The translations under genes and the position numbers were made by a program. A DNA stretch of 61,837 nt, filler included, from Candidatus Nezhaarchaeota archaeon WYZ-LMO8 (GTDB lineage Archaea; Thermoproteota; Methanomethylicia; Nezhaarchaeales; WYZ-LMO8), in the NCBI GenBank assembly GCA_004347965.1. It is 10 parts of 10 records of this genome, joined end to end, with 100 filler letters (N's around TTAATTAATTAA, not from the genome) between each part and the next. Parts side by side here need not be neighbours in the genome. Positions count along the whole stretch, not along the records: positions 1 to 7,582 come from QNVF01000047.1; positions 7,683 to 15,222 come from QNVF01000048.1; 8 more parts are not named here. The stretch is one strand, 5' to 3'. Of the stretch, positions 1 through 9,918 are shown piece after piece. Positions within the stretch are counted from its first letter, which is position 1, and every line of letters starts with the position of its first letter. Below the pieces are notes generated by a model. That model was not told the origin of the DNA. It did not search any database and worked only from the letters and a program-made list of their open reading frames with translations.

Positions 1-1
1 C

Positions 2-649
2 CTCAATCATCCCAAACCTGAGATAAAGTCCCTACCTATAGAGCAACAATGGGAGCACATGAAGAAGCAAGGATATCCACCATTTGGAGTAGAGGTTAAA
101 ATCGTCGATCCTTCGACTGGGAAAGAGCTTCCTTGGGATGGTAGATCTATAGGGGAGGCTTGGTGGAGAGGACCATGGGTAATAAAGGAGTATTATAATG
201 ATCCTAGAACTAAAGATCAATGTACTCCGGATGGGTGGTGGAAATCTGGAGATGCTGGCTTCATAGATGAACTTGGCTACTTCAAGATGGTGGACAGGCT
301 TAAAGATCTCGTCAAAAGCGGTGGTGAGTGGATCTCTAGCGTGGACTTAGAGAATACTCTAATGGCTCACCCAGCAGTTCTTGAGGCATGCGTTGTTGGA
401 ATACCTCATCCAAGATGGGAAGAAAGACCTTTAGCGTTCGTTGTTTTAAGAGAAGAGTATAAGGGGAAGCCTGAAGAGGAACTGGCGTCGGAACTCAAAG
501 AGTACCTTTCTAAGAGCTTTAGTAAATGGCAATTACCAGATAAAATACTATTTGTAAACGAAATACCGAAGACGAGCGTAGGGAAATTCGATAAAAAAGT
601 GCTAAGAGAACAGTTTAAGGACTTATACATGGAAGAACAAAAGAAGTAA
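2..649 (+). CDS. Acyl-CoA synthetase (AMP-forming, AlkK/DmdB-like), C-terminal part; 5' end outside window
   Basis: Frame open from base 2; WWKSGD, DRLKDLVKSGGEWISS, HPRWEERP and IPKTSVGKFDK adenylate-forming motifs. Confidence 0.9.
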   Translation, partial: LNHPKPEIKSLPIEQQWEHMKKQGYPPFGVEVKIVDPSTGKELPWDGRSIGEAWWRGPWVIKEYYNDPRTKDQCTPDGWWKSGDAGFIDELGYFKMVDRLKDLVKSGGEWISSVDLENTLMAHPAVLEACVVGIPHPRWEERPLAFVVLREEYKGKPEEELASELKEYLSKSFSKWQLPDKILFVNEIPKTSVGKFDKKVLREQFKDLYMEEQKK

Positions 650-1282
650 TGCAAAGGGGAGAGCAACATCACAAATCACTTAAATTTGTCGTCATAAACT
701 CATAATACTTTTTTACCACCATCTCTGACTTTTGATGAGACTTAAGATGACGACAACTTTTAAAAGGCTTAAAGAAGTCATTGGTGCGAAGAAGCTTTCA
801 TACAAATTGTATGGGGTCATCATATCATCAAAGGCTAAAGAAACTACTGATTCCTTTAATCCTGTCTAGCTTCTAAGAGAAGAACTTAGAGAAAGCTTGT
901 GGCTACTGAAGGAAGTAAGAATATTTGAAAAAGGCTATCACTCTAAGTATCGTGAGGCTCTAGTAATGCAACGATCTTAATCTCCTGTTTCTTCAATTAA
1001 CGAGCTCCTCATGAACTGCATATTCAAACTGCTATCTCATTGCATTTTAAGTAAGGTAGGGATGAAAACACAACTTTGAAAATAACAATTTTTTAAGGCA
1101 AAGGCATATGTGTTAAAGGATGTGGACGATACTTATGAGACGTAAGACGTAAAACGGTAGTTCCTCACAATTGGCGTCTCCTCATACACCATTAACATGT
1201 AGGTTAAATTATGAAAGCACTATACCTCCTTTCAAGAGAACAAAATTTATAGCACCATTTCTCTCTCCTCGCTTTAGAGGTA

Positions 1283-2116
1283 ATGTACGTGGATGAAAGG
1301 TTTCTGAGATGTAGAAAAGCTTCAGCTAAGACCTACATCCTCTTGTGCCTTTTAATAGTGAGCTTAGCGTGTAACCTCGTCCTGTCATACATCCTCTTCT
1401 ACGAACTTCAATACCCCCTTGAAAATCTTTTTAAGCTCTTTACTGGCGGTGGTGAAAGCCTTAAGGTTGAATCTCCAGCATCATATGTTCATAATGTTTC
1501 TTCGATCTATATAGTGGGTGTAGCTAGTGAAGGAGGATACATGTACAGAGGCGTGGCAATGAAGCTGCAAGGATCTCTAATAGAGGGTGAAGGAAGAGTT
1601 TTTGTTTCAACCACTCCTAAAATAGGCATAGAACTTCAAGAAGCTGCTGAAACAGCCTTCAAGGCTGCTCAGAAATTCACAAGAGCAAGCACGTCGAACA
1701 TAGACTTGCTACTTATGGTTGTAGGTAACGAGAGCATATACGTTGTGGATGGACCATCCGCGGGAGCAGCAATAGCCGTTCTTGCCGTATCATTACTCTT
1801 AAACACATCAATAAGAAGCGATGTCATCATAACGGGAGCAATAGACGAGTATGGCAATATAGGTCAAGTGGGAGGTATAGTGTATAAAGCTGAGGCAGCA
1901 GCTAAAGCTGGCGCAAAGATATTCCTCGTGCCTCCAGGTCAGAGCAATGATATAGTGTATGTAGCAGAGGAGAGGAAAATCGGCCCTTTTATCTTCACAA
2001 GGTATTATCAACGATTAGTTAATGTCGAAGACTACCTTAAATCCAAGGGATACTACGATATACGCGTTATAGAAGTATCGACGCTGAACGAGGCCTTCAA
2101 CTACTTTAAAGCGTAG
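1283..2116 (+). CDS. Membrane-anchored Lon-type (S16) serine protease domain protein, no ATPase
   Basis: N-terminal hydrophobic helix; DGPSAG catalytic Ser and GQVGGIVYK Lys dyad. Confidence 0.85.
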   Translation: MYVDERFLRCRKASAKTYILLCLLIVSLACNLVLSYILFYELQYPLENLFKLFTGGGESLKVESPASYVHNVSSIYIVGVASEGGYMYRGVAMKLQGSLIEGEGRVFVSTTPKIGIELQEAAETAFKAAQKFTRASTSNIDLLLMVVGNESIYVVDGPSAGAAIAVLAVSLLLNTSIRSDVIITGAIDEYGNIGQVGGIVYKAEAAAKAGAKIFLVPPGQSNDIVYVAEERKIGPFIFTRYYQRLVNVEDYLKSKGYYDIRVIEVSTLNEAFNYFKA

Positions 2117-2400
2117 CGGAGAAGCCCATATCGTGTAACAGATTTGATGAGTGCTTAATGTCGGAGTGAACGCTTCATTGAGAATAGGGTGAAAAATCTT
2201 TAAGAACCTAAAGTACTTAAACCAAGTTCTCCTGAAAGAAAGTGAAGTTCTTTTAATGCGACCCTTCTATCGAATTTCTCCTAAAGAATTTAAGCACTAA
2301 GCAAAGCACTCACTATGCTAAGATTAAGTCGTCTACTTAATTATTTCATCACTTTCTACTATGAAAAAGCTATGCTCTCAAAGCATCACCGCACATAGTG

Positions 2401-2565
2401 AAGTGTCAATATGCATGAAATTAGCACTTTCTTTGAAGCTTATGCGAGAGCTTAAAATGACGACTTTAAGGATCTATCTTTAAGTGACACTGCCAAAGAA
2501 TTAGAGTAACATTTATTTGCCACTTCACTAATAAAAGTGTGACTCTTATGCTCTCTTCAGTAACA
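2401..2565. promoter_or_regulatory. Candidate operator sites upstream of radical SAM/ABC operon
   Basis: Inverted repeat AAGTGtcAAT-N9-ATTagCACTT (2401-2429); two GTGAC-N16/17-GTAAC(A) sites (2484-2511, 2539-2565). Confidence 0.35.
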
Positions 2566-3294
2566 ATTACTCACTCTTACTATTGGAAAGTGACGTATTC
2601 TCCAAAGCTTAGAAGAGTTAGCATATACAATAGTGAGTGCAACTTTGCATGCAAAGGATGTCCATATCTCACAGGACTCTTTAAGATTGAGAGATGTCCT
2701 CTCAAAATTGAGGAGATAAAGGCAGTTCTCCTGAAGCTTAAACCTAAAACTGTATTCTTCTGCGGTCGTGAACCAACCGTAAATCCAGATTTACCTGAGC
2801 TCATAGACTTCGCAAAGAAGTTAAAAGCTCGTATTGGGATTCTGACCAACGGCTCAAATCCTATACCTGAAGGGGTTGATGCGGCTTCGGTGAGCATAAA
2901 GGCATACACTAATAGTATTCATGTCGATTATACTGGGAAGCCTAATCACGACGTTATCAAGAACTTTATGGAAGCCTATGAGAGAGGTATAGAGCTGAAG
3001 GCAAGTAGCGTCTTCATCCCTAATTACATAGACATCGATGAAATAGAGAAGATAGCTCATTTCATAGCGAGCATAGATCAATCGATACCCTATCATATCA
3101 TAGGCTTCATACCCTTTGGCAATGTCCCTTGGAGAACTCCTACATTAAGCGAGATGCTAATAGCTGTTGAAGTTGCTAGGAAATACCTTAAGAATGTTAC
3201 ATGGTCCTTGCCTAACATCACCCTCAAGGACTATCCCTCATCTCTACCAGAGACTTCTTTGAGAGACTGGAAAGAAAGTGTGAGGGTGTTGTAA
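2539..3294 (+). CDS. Radical SAM protein (PflA/activating-enzyme-like)
   Basis: CNFACKGC CxxxCxxC motif, GREPT, TNGS; start codon uncertain (GTG 2539 or ATG 2548). Confidence 0.85.
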   Translation: MTLMLSSVTITHSYYWKVTYSPKLRRVSIYNSECNFACKGCPYLTGLFKIERCPLKIEEIKAVLLKLKPKTVFFCGREPTVNPDLPELIDFAKKLKARIGILTNGSNPIPEGVDAASVSIKAYTNSIHVDYTGKPNHDVIKNFMEAYERGIELKASSVFIPNYIDIDEIEKIAHFIASIDQSIPYHIIGFIPFGNVPWRTPTLSEMLIAVEVARKYLKNVTWSLPNITLKDYPSSLPETSLRDWKESVRVL

Positions 3295-3295
3295 C

Positions 3296-4372
3296 ATGAA
3301 GAGCGGCGTGAAGGTAGCAGTACTAGTAGTTTGTCTATGCATCATTGCTTCTGCATTGTACATTTACTATTCAAGCACGTACGCTCCAACACCTTCGCCA
3401 CCCGCTGAAAGTGCTAAACCAGCGACGATTACTATCGTTGACTCGTCGGGTAGGTATGTTGAAGTTTCATGGCCTGTAAAGCGTATCGCGGCTTTGACTA
3501 CCGACTCGGCTATGGCTGTAGTCGTGCTTGGAGCAGGTGATCGCCTTGTTGGCATAACTAGGTATGCGGTTGGCGAGCCTTGGGCACCTAACGTGACTGA
3601 CATTGGAACTTGCTTTTCACCTAGCATTGAAGCGATCATGGAGGTAAAACCAGAAGTCGTCCTAACCTATGTTGATTACCCCAAACCCGAGGACTTGGAG
3701 AGCAGACTTGAACCACTCGGCATAAAAGTTGTTCGAATAGACCTTTACAAGCCCGAGACAATGTTCATGGAGTTTAAGCTTGTAGGTTTAATGCTTAACC
3801 TCACGGGCGAAGCCGAGAAGATAGTAGAGTATTGGAAGAACGTTTCAAGCGTTATTGACGTGCGGGTCGCGGGTCTAAAGGAGAAGGTGAAAGTGTATTG
3901 GGAAAGTTACACTGACTATACAGCTGCAGGGCCAGGAACTGGTTGGGACACCATATTACGGCTCTCAGGTGGCATAAACATATTTGCAGATTCTCCAGTA
4001 TCGTATCCAAAAGTGAGTTCAGAAACCATTATAATGAGGAACCCAGAGGTCATATTAAAGAGCATTTCTCCTGCAAAGTACAATCCATACAAGACATTAG
4101 ATACGAAGCCTCTTGAAGATATTAGGAGCAGCATCATGAATAGGCCGGGTTGGAGTGATATAAAAGCTGTAAGAGATGGAAGGGTCTACCTCGTATGTGC
4201 TGCATACCTTCACTACCTATTTGGACAAATAGCTGAGAGAGCCTACGTTGCGAAGATACTCTATCCGGCTCTCTTTGAGGACATAGACCCCAAAACTATG
4301 CTTAAAACGTGGATTGAAGATAACTTAAAAATGGAGTGGAGAGAGGGGGCTTGGGTTTATCCAAGTCCTTAA
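3296..4372 (+). CDS. ABC transporter substrate-binding protein, Fe3+-siderophore/cobalamin (BtuF/FepB) class
   Basis: N-terminal anchor; TIVDSSGRYV..PVKRI, PSIEAI..KPEV, WSDIKAVRDGRVY motifs. Confidence 0.9.
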   Translation: MKSGVKVAVLVVCLCIIASALYIYYSSTYAPTPSPPAESAKPATITIVDSSGRYVEVSWPVKRIAALTTDSAMAVVVLGAGDRLVGITRYAVGEPWAPNVTDIGTCFSPSIEAIMEVKPEVVLTYVDYPKPEDLESRLEPLGIKVVRIDLYKPETMFMEFKLVGLMLNLTGEAEKIVEYWKNVSSVIDVRVAGLKEKVKVYWESYTDYTAAGPGTGWDTILRLSGGINIFADSPVSYPKVSSETIIMRNPEVILKSISPAKYNPYKTLDTKPLEDIRSSIMNRPGWSDIKAVRDGRVYLVCAAYLHYLFGQIAERAYVAKILYPALFEDIDPKTMLKTWIEDNLKMEWREGAWVYPSP

Positions 4373-5367
4373 AGATCTCGAGGATCTCCATAATCTCCTC
4401 TTTAACTTTTTTAATACCCATAACACTAACGATCTCAATAAGCGTTGGGTATGCGAAGATAGGCTTTGTCGAAGCTTTCATGGCAATCTTCGGGAATGTT
4501 GAGGGGCTGGACTCTGTTTCAAGAGCTATAATCTTGGAAATAAGGTTTCCAAGGGCCTGCGCTGCTCTTCTTGCAGGAGCTGTTCTAGCAATATCTGGAT
4601 CAGTTGTTCAAGGAGCTTTGCGAAATGCTCTCGCAAGTCCTTTCACCATGGGCGTGAGCTCTGGAGCTTCTTTCGGAGCTGCTTTAATAATAGTGGCCGG
4701 TGTAAGCTCAAGCATATACGTGATGATGTTAAGTGCTTTCGCCTTTGCCCTCTTAGCAGCACTAGTTTCGCTGGGCATAGCGAGACTCAAAGGTGTAACC
4801 CCTCAATCACTCATTCTAAGTGGAGTAGCAATGATGTATCTCTTCTCAGCTGGAGTAACGCTTCTTCAATACATAGCTAGAGAGTGGCAGCTCACTGAGC
4901 TTGTCTACTGGACCATGGGGGATTTAAGGAGGATTGATTGGGGGAGATTTACGTTTATGCTCCCTGCTGTGTTTACTTGTCTTCCACTATTTGCATATGC
5001 TTGGGACCTCAATACACTAATGATGGGGGAGGAGGTAGCTAAAAGCTTGGGTACAAACCCGAGGAGAGTTAGAACGATATGCACCTTACTGGCAGCACTG
5101 AGCACATCAATTATCGTGTGCTCTACGGGGCCCATAGGCTTTATATGTCTCATCGCTCCTCATATTGCTAGGTTCTTAGTTGGAACTGACTACAGGTTCT
5201 CGATGGTCTGCTCAGTACTGATCGGCGGGCTGTTACTCTTACTTGCCGATACTACTGCTAGGATAGTTCTCATGCCCATAGAATTGCCCGTAGGGGTTGT
5301 TACAGCAGCCATGGGCGTACCCTTCTTTGTTTCACTATTATTAAGGACGAGGAAAGATATATGGTGA
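4336..5367 (+). CDS. ABC transporter permease, FecCD/BtuC family
   Basis: IRFPR, RNALASPFTMGVSSGA, GEEVAKSLG, GPIGFICLIAPHIAR, ELPVGVVT. Confidence 0.92.
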   Translation: MERGGLGLSKSLKISRISIISSLTFLIPITLTISISVGYAKIGFVEAFMAIFGNVEGLDSVSRAIILEIRFPRACAALLAGAVLAISGSVVQGALRNALASPFTMGVSSGASFGAALIIVAGVSSSIYVMMLSAFAFALLAALVSLGIARLKGVTPQSLILSGVAMMYLFSAGVTLLQYIAREWQLTELVYWTMGDLRRIDWGRFTFMLPAVFTCLPLFAYAWDLNTLMMGEEVAKSLGTNPRRVRTICTLLAALSTSIIVCSTGPIGFICLIAPHIARFLVGTDYRFSMVCSVLIGGLLLLLADTTARIVLMPIELPVGVVTAAMGVPFFVSLLLRTRKDIW

Positions 5368-6128
5368 AGATAACGATAAAAGGAGTCACTGTTGAATACG
5401 ACGGTATTAAAGCGCTTGAAGATGTGAACCTCGAAATAACCGAGGGTACGGTCACGTCAATCATCGGTCCCAACGGCTCTGGCAAGACAACTCTACTAAG
5501 ATGCATAAACAACATTCTGAAGCCTAAGATGGGCACGGTACTGATAGATGACATTAGAGTTGATTCTTTGCCTCGCATGGAGGTGGCTAAGAGGATAGGC
5601 TATGTGCCTCAAATCTCGCCGACAGCACCATTCACGGTTTTTGAAGTAGTGTTGATGGGGAGGAGGCCTTATGTGACTTGGTCTGTGAGTGAAAGAGACA
5701 TAAAGATAGTCTGTAGCGCACTTGAGGTTGTTGGGGCGAGCCACCTTGTTTACAGGTATATAGACGAAGTTAGTGGTGGAGAAAGGCAGAAAGTTATGTT
5801 GGCTCGAGCATTAGCGCAAGAACCACAAGTTCTACTGCTTGACGAGCCTACAAGCAACCTCGACATAAAACATCAATTAGAAATACTCAGTCTCATCAAG
5901 AAGCTGGCTTTAACTAAGAAGCTTTGTGTAGTGTTGGCAATGCACGATCTTAGCTTAGCTTATAGATTCTCAGACATCATGGTTATGCTTAAGGATGGGA
6001 AGATATATGCTCTTGGAGATCCAAGCCAAGTCTTGACACCTGAGAACGTTATGAAAGTTTATGGAGTTGAAGTCTTAATCCTAGACAGCCCTGTGCAAAC
6101 AATCATACCGTTAAAGGTCGTTAGTTAG
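5361..6128 (+). CDS. ABC transporter ATP-binding protein, FepC/BtuD family
   Basis: Walker A GPNGSGKT, signature SGGERQ, Walker B LLLDEPT, H-loop MHDL. Confidence 0.95.
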   Translation: MVKITIKGVTVEYDGIKALEDVNLEITEGTVTSIIGPNGSGKTTLLRCINNILKPKMGTVLIDDIRVDSLPRMEVAKRIGYVPQISPTAPFTVFEVVLMGRRPYVTWSVSERDIKIVCSALEVVGASHLVYRYIDEVSGGERQKVMLARALAQEPQVLLLDEPTSNLDIKHQLEILSLIKKLALTKKLCVVLAMHDLSLAYRFSDIMVMLKDGKIYALGDPSQVLTPENVMKVYGVEVLILDSPVQTIIPLKVVS

Positions 6129-6373
6129 CAGCGGCATTAAATTACTACATGAACTAAAACATAATTTAAGGGGTTCGAGCTTTATTCCTAAGCGTGATCA
6201 TTTAGGTCGTGTGGATTGTGAAGGGGATACGTATTGACGGTTCCTGAAATGTAATCAGTAGAATAAGTGAGCCGAAGGAGATGTATGAAATGGCTACGAG
6301 CACCTTGAGAACCTACTCGTCGCTACCGCAACGTTTAAGTGAAGACTTCGAGCTGATATACTTTTGAAGTATC

Positions 6374-7582
6374 ATGAAGATACTTGAGAGCTGTTGGATT
6401 TCTAACGTTAAAGTTCCTAATAGAATCGTTTTTCCATCAATGGCGTTGAACTTAGCGAGAGATGGCTACGTAACTGAGGAGATGATAAGGCACTATAGAA
6501 GGTTGGCTCAAAACGGTGTTGGGCTAGTAATGGTTGAAGGGGCAGCTGTAGATCCGAGAGCAAAGGACCTGCATGGAGGCTTAGCCATATATTCTGACAA
6601 GTTCTGTATAGGCTTAAATGAATTGGCGGAGGAGATAAAGAGCTATGGTTCTGTAGCTGGGATACAATTTCTCCATCCTGGGGGATGCTCTACCCCGAAG
6701 GTTGAAGGAAACGTGCCCCGAGCTCCTTCATCTTTAGAGTACACAATGTTCATGCATGGAAGGCATGCCTTCAAGGCAAGAGCTGAGGAGCTAAGCAAGG
6801 ATGAGATAAAGAGACTTGTGGAACTATTTACTGAAGCTGCTGCTAGAGCTAAGGACTGTGGCTTCGATTTAGTCGAAATAAACTCAGCTCACGGTTGGCT
6901 GTTTAGTCAATTCCTATCTCCCAATACCAATAAGAGGAGTGATGAGTATGGCGGCTCCTTTGAGAACCGTATAAGGCTCTCTTTAGAAGTACTTGAATCG
7001 ATAAAGAAGAATGTTGGAATCCCAGTGATATTTAGGATAGAGGGCTCCTTTCCATCATATGGAGGAGTCTCAGATGATGAGCTCATAAGGTACGCTCTTG
7101 AGCTTGAAAGGGCTGGCGTAGATTGCCTACACGTCAGTGGCAGCTTCGCCATAACGCCGATGATAGTTAAGAGAGGCCTCTTACTTGATGGAGCGTTTAA
7201 GATTAAGTCGGTAGTTAAGGTGCCTGTAATCGGAGTAGGTGGAATCTCCACTGAGATGGCTGTGAAGCTGATAGAGGAAGGCAAACTGGATCTCGTCGCT
7301 TTAGGTAGAGCATTGCTCGCTGATCCAGAGCTTGTCGTGAAGCTGAGAGAAGGAAGGATCGAGGACATTAGGCCCTGCACTAGATGCAATGACTGCATAG
7401 ATAGGCTCTTCAGCTTAAGGCAGCTAAGAGCTAAGTGCTCCATAAACCCCGAAGTTGAGATGAAGAAGGTTGACAAGCCAAAGAGGATCGTGGTTGTCGG
7501 CGGAGGACCTGCTGGAATGGAGTTTGCTAGAATCGCCTCCATGAGGGGACATAAAGTCATAATCGTTGAGAGGTCTCAGCAA
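6374..7582 (+). CDS. NADH:flavin oxidoreductase (OYE barrel + 4Fe-4S + FAD domain), 3' truncated at contig end
   Basis: NRIVFPSM, SQFLSPNTNKRSDEYGGSFENR, CTRCNDC..C, GGGPAG. Confidence 0.9.
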
Positions 7583-7682
7583 NNNNNNNNNNNNNNNNNN
7601 NNNNNNNNNNNNNNNNNNNNNNNNNNTTAATTAATTAANNNNNNNNNNNNNNNNNNNNNNNNNNNNNNNNNNNNNNNNNNNN
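7583..7682. other. Artificial contig-joining spacer (N44-TTAATTAATTAA-N44)
   Basis: Identical 100-nt spacer with six-frame stops, recurring nine times. Confidence 0.99.
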
Positions 7683-7698
7683 TAATGAGGTGTTTTAA

Positions 7699-8217
7699 TT
7701 GATGCTCAAGAAACTACTTAACATCCTCCTCCAAGAACTACACGATGAAAAAGCTCTATCCTTACCTCAGAGCTTTTACGATAAGGCTTTAAGTTATGTT
7801 CATTCGTTAAAAGTAAGGAAAAGCAATGAGGTCAGCGATGTTCAGCGAACGATCTGGGAGGAAGAAGTTAAAATTTTAGAGAAAGTCTTGGCGGCGATTA
7901 GAAAGGTAAGAGCAAGGAAAATGGTTATGGAGGTCATGGATGGAAACGTCATAGAGGGACTACCACCTGAGGAAAATGCTTGCTACAACAATCTTAGAAA
8001 AGCATTCGAGCTCGCAGAGCTTAATGTGAAGGTAGAAAGTCTGGAAAGTCAGTCTGAAGAGAAGGGCTTATTCTTGTTGAAGAAGGGCTTGGATGAAGCC
8101 ACTGCCAGCAGACTCGGACTACCTAAACTTAATCCAGAAGATGTAATCTTTATAAATAAGCGAACTGGTAAAGTGCTCATCGATCTAGGGTTAGCAGATG
8201 AGATAGGTACAAGGTGA
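7699..8217 (+). CDS. gins51: GINS complex subunit Gins51 (Gins15), A-B domain order
   Basis: LPQSFY..R..K helical A domain, LPPEE, C-terminal B domain; lies directly before rpl44e-rps27e-aIF2a-nop10 as in the known archaeal cluster. Confidence 0.75.
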   Translation: MMLKKLLNILLQELHDEKALSLPQSFYDKALSYVHSLKVRKSNEVSDVQRTIWEEEVKILEKVLAAIRKVRARKMVMEVMDGNVIEGLPPEENACYNNLRKAFELAELNVKVESLESQSEEKGLFLLKKGLDEATASRLGLPKLNPEDVIFINKRTGKVLIDLGLADEIGTR

Positions 8218-8222
8218 GAAGC

Positions 8223-8513
8223 ATGAAGGTGCCTAAGGAGATCAACACGTATTGTCCAAGGTGCAAGGCTCACACAACCCATAGCGTAACGTTGTACAAA
8301 GCAGGGAAAAGGAGGTCCTTAGCTCAAGGAGAGAGAAGATATGCTAGGAAGAAGAGGGGGTATGGTAGTAAGAGGAAGCCTGAACAAAAAAGGTTTGCTA
8401 AGGTTACTAAGAAGCAAGTCTTAAAGCTAACGTGCAAGAAGTGCGGCTACATGCTGCATAAAAAGGGTATAAGATTGAAGAAGCTAGAGATCGTAGAAGT
8501 TGTTAGGGAGTGA
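8223..8513 (+). CDS. rpl44e: 50S ribosomal protein L44e
   Basis: [40 protein letters not shown] before ATG 8223. Confidence 0.97.
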   Translation: MKVPKEINTYCPRCKAHTTHSVTLYKAGKRRSLAQGERRYARKKRGYGSKRKPEQKRFAKVTKKQVLKLTCKKCGYMLHKKGIRLKKLEIVEVVRE

Positions 8514-8722
8514 TGTCATCTATGGTCAAGAAGAGAAGAGAACTCGTTCCTATGCCTAAGTCAAAGTTCTATAATGTAAGGTGCCCGGATTGTGGTAACA
8601 CGCAGGCAATCTTTAGTCACGCTTCAACTTATGTTCATTGCTTTGTTTGTGGAAGACTATTAGCAAAACCAAGAGGTGGGAAAGCTAAGATAGAAGGAAG
8701 GAAAGTCAGTGAATTTGGATGA
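8510..8722 (+). CDS. rps27e: 30S ribosomal protein S27e
   Basis: [35 protein letters not shown]. Confidence 0.97.
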   Translation: MMSSMVKKRRELVPMPKSKFYNVRCPDCGNTQAIFSHASTYVHCFVCGRLLAKPRGGKAKIEGRKVSEFG

Positions 8723-8744
8723 AAGCAAGATATGGGTGAGGAAA

Positions 8745-9545
8745 GTGGTAAGAAAGAGGAGAGAGTGGCCACAGCAAGGAGAAATAGTTATTGGGACCGT
8801 AGTGCAAGTATTTGACAAAGGTGCTTACATAACCCTTGACGAGTATGGTAATAAGAGAGCCTACTTACCATTAAATGAGGTATCATCTTCTTGGTTTCAT
8901 AACATAAGGGATGTAATACGTGAAGGTCAAAAGACGGCGTTCAAGGTTATTAGGGTAGATGCATCAAAAGGGCACATAGATCTTTCCTTGAAGAGAGTGG
9001 CCGACGTTGAAAGAGATAGAAAAGTTCTTGAGTGGAAGAGGGCAAAAAAAGCTGAAGTCTTACTCAACTTTGCCGCAAAGAAGTTGAGTAGGACACTTGA
9101 TGAGGCCTACAACGAAGCTGGCTGGAAGCTTGAAGATTACTATGGTGAGATATACGCTGGGCTTGAAGAAGCTGCTAGGAGAGGCGTGGAGACATTAATC
9201 AATGCTGGTCTCACTAAAGAGTGGGCAGAGACTTTAGCCGAGATAGCTAAGGAGCACATAGAGATACCGCAAGTCAAGATGTCTATGGTTCTTGAACTGA
9301 AATGTCATGGACCTAGAGGAGTTGAAGCAATAAAAAAAGCTTTAATTGAAGCCCTAAACTTCGCGAAGGCTAAGGGCTATCAGATTAAGATTTACGCTGA
9401 CGGTGCACCAAAATATAGAATTGATGCTATGGCAGAGGACTACAAAGGTCTTAAGAATGCGTTAAAGGAGGTTGCAAGCATAGCTTTGGAAGTCATCACA
9501 AAAGAGGGAGGACAGGGGAGAGTACTTGAAGAACCGAGGAAGTGA
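8745..9545 (+). CDS. eif2a: Translation initiation factor aIF2 alpha subunit
   Basis: S1 domain, KGHIDLSLKRV, GAPKYRI; likely start GTG 8745 after GGTGAGG. Confidence 0.95.
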   Translation: MVRKRREWPQQGEIVIGTVVQVFDKGAYITLDEYGNKRAYLPLNEVSSSWFHNIRDVIREGQKTAFKVIRVDASKGHIDLSLKRVADVERDRKVLEWKRAKKAEVLLNFAAKKLSRTLDEAYNEAGWKLEDYYGEIYAGLEEAARRGVETLINAGLTKEWAETLAEIAKEHIEIPQVKMSMVLELKCHGPRGVEAIKKALIEALNFAKAKGYQIKIYADGAPKYRIDAMAEDYKGLKNALKEVASIALEVITKEGGQGRVLEEPRK

Positions 9546-9551
9546 GCGTGA

Positions 9552-9716
9552 ATGAGAAGTCTCTTAATGAGGTGCACGAATTGTAGAAGGTACACGTTAC
9601 ACCATGATAAGTGTCCTTATTGCGGTGGATCTTTGAAAAGCCCTCATCCACCTAGGTATTCACCCCATGATAAGTACATAGTATACAGGATGAAAGCTAG
9701 AATGCAAGAAGGTTAA
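9552..9716 (+). CDS. nop10: H/ACA RNP protein Nop10 (54 aa, missing from ORF track)
   Basis: Hand translation MRSLLMRCTNCRRYTLHHDKCPYCGGSLKSPHPPRYSPHDKYIVYRMKARMQEG; canonical position after aIF2a. Confidence 0.95.
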   Translation: MRSLLMRCTNCRRYTLHHDKCPYCGGSLKSPHPPRYSPHDKYIVYRMKARMQEG

Positions 9717-9918
9717 CCTCCTTCGTGAACTAATTATCGACTACGAATTATATGTACACGAATGGTAATCTAATGCTTAGCTTTATGGAACACTATATTG
9801 AGCTTGAAGGTTAATGTTGCTTATCCAATGTGGTTTTTGTAAGAACTCAATAGCTCAGACGAACATCCTTTGAAACTTCATAGAACCCGCTATTTGAAAG
9901 CTAGCTTGTTGAGATCAA

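Noticed and set aside
747..980. 78-codon frame with one in-frame TAG (867-869), possible pyrrolysine readthrough or pseudogene
   Set aside because: No recognisable protein motif, no RBS and no pyl genes in the window; consistent with chance.
2146..2192. UUGAUGA...GUGA possible C/D sRNA after the Lon-like gene
   Set aside because: No CUGA box, no C' box and no terminal stem.
2117..2538. Cobalamin riboswitch expected before a Btu-like transporter
   Set aside because: No B12-box or GC-rich stems visible.
9869..9900. TTTGAAAC / TTTGAAAG resembling CRISPR repeat ends
   Set aside because: Only two short matches with no repeat-spacer periodicity.
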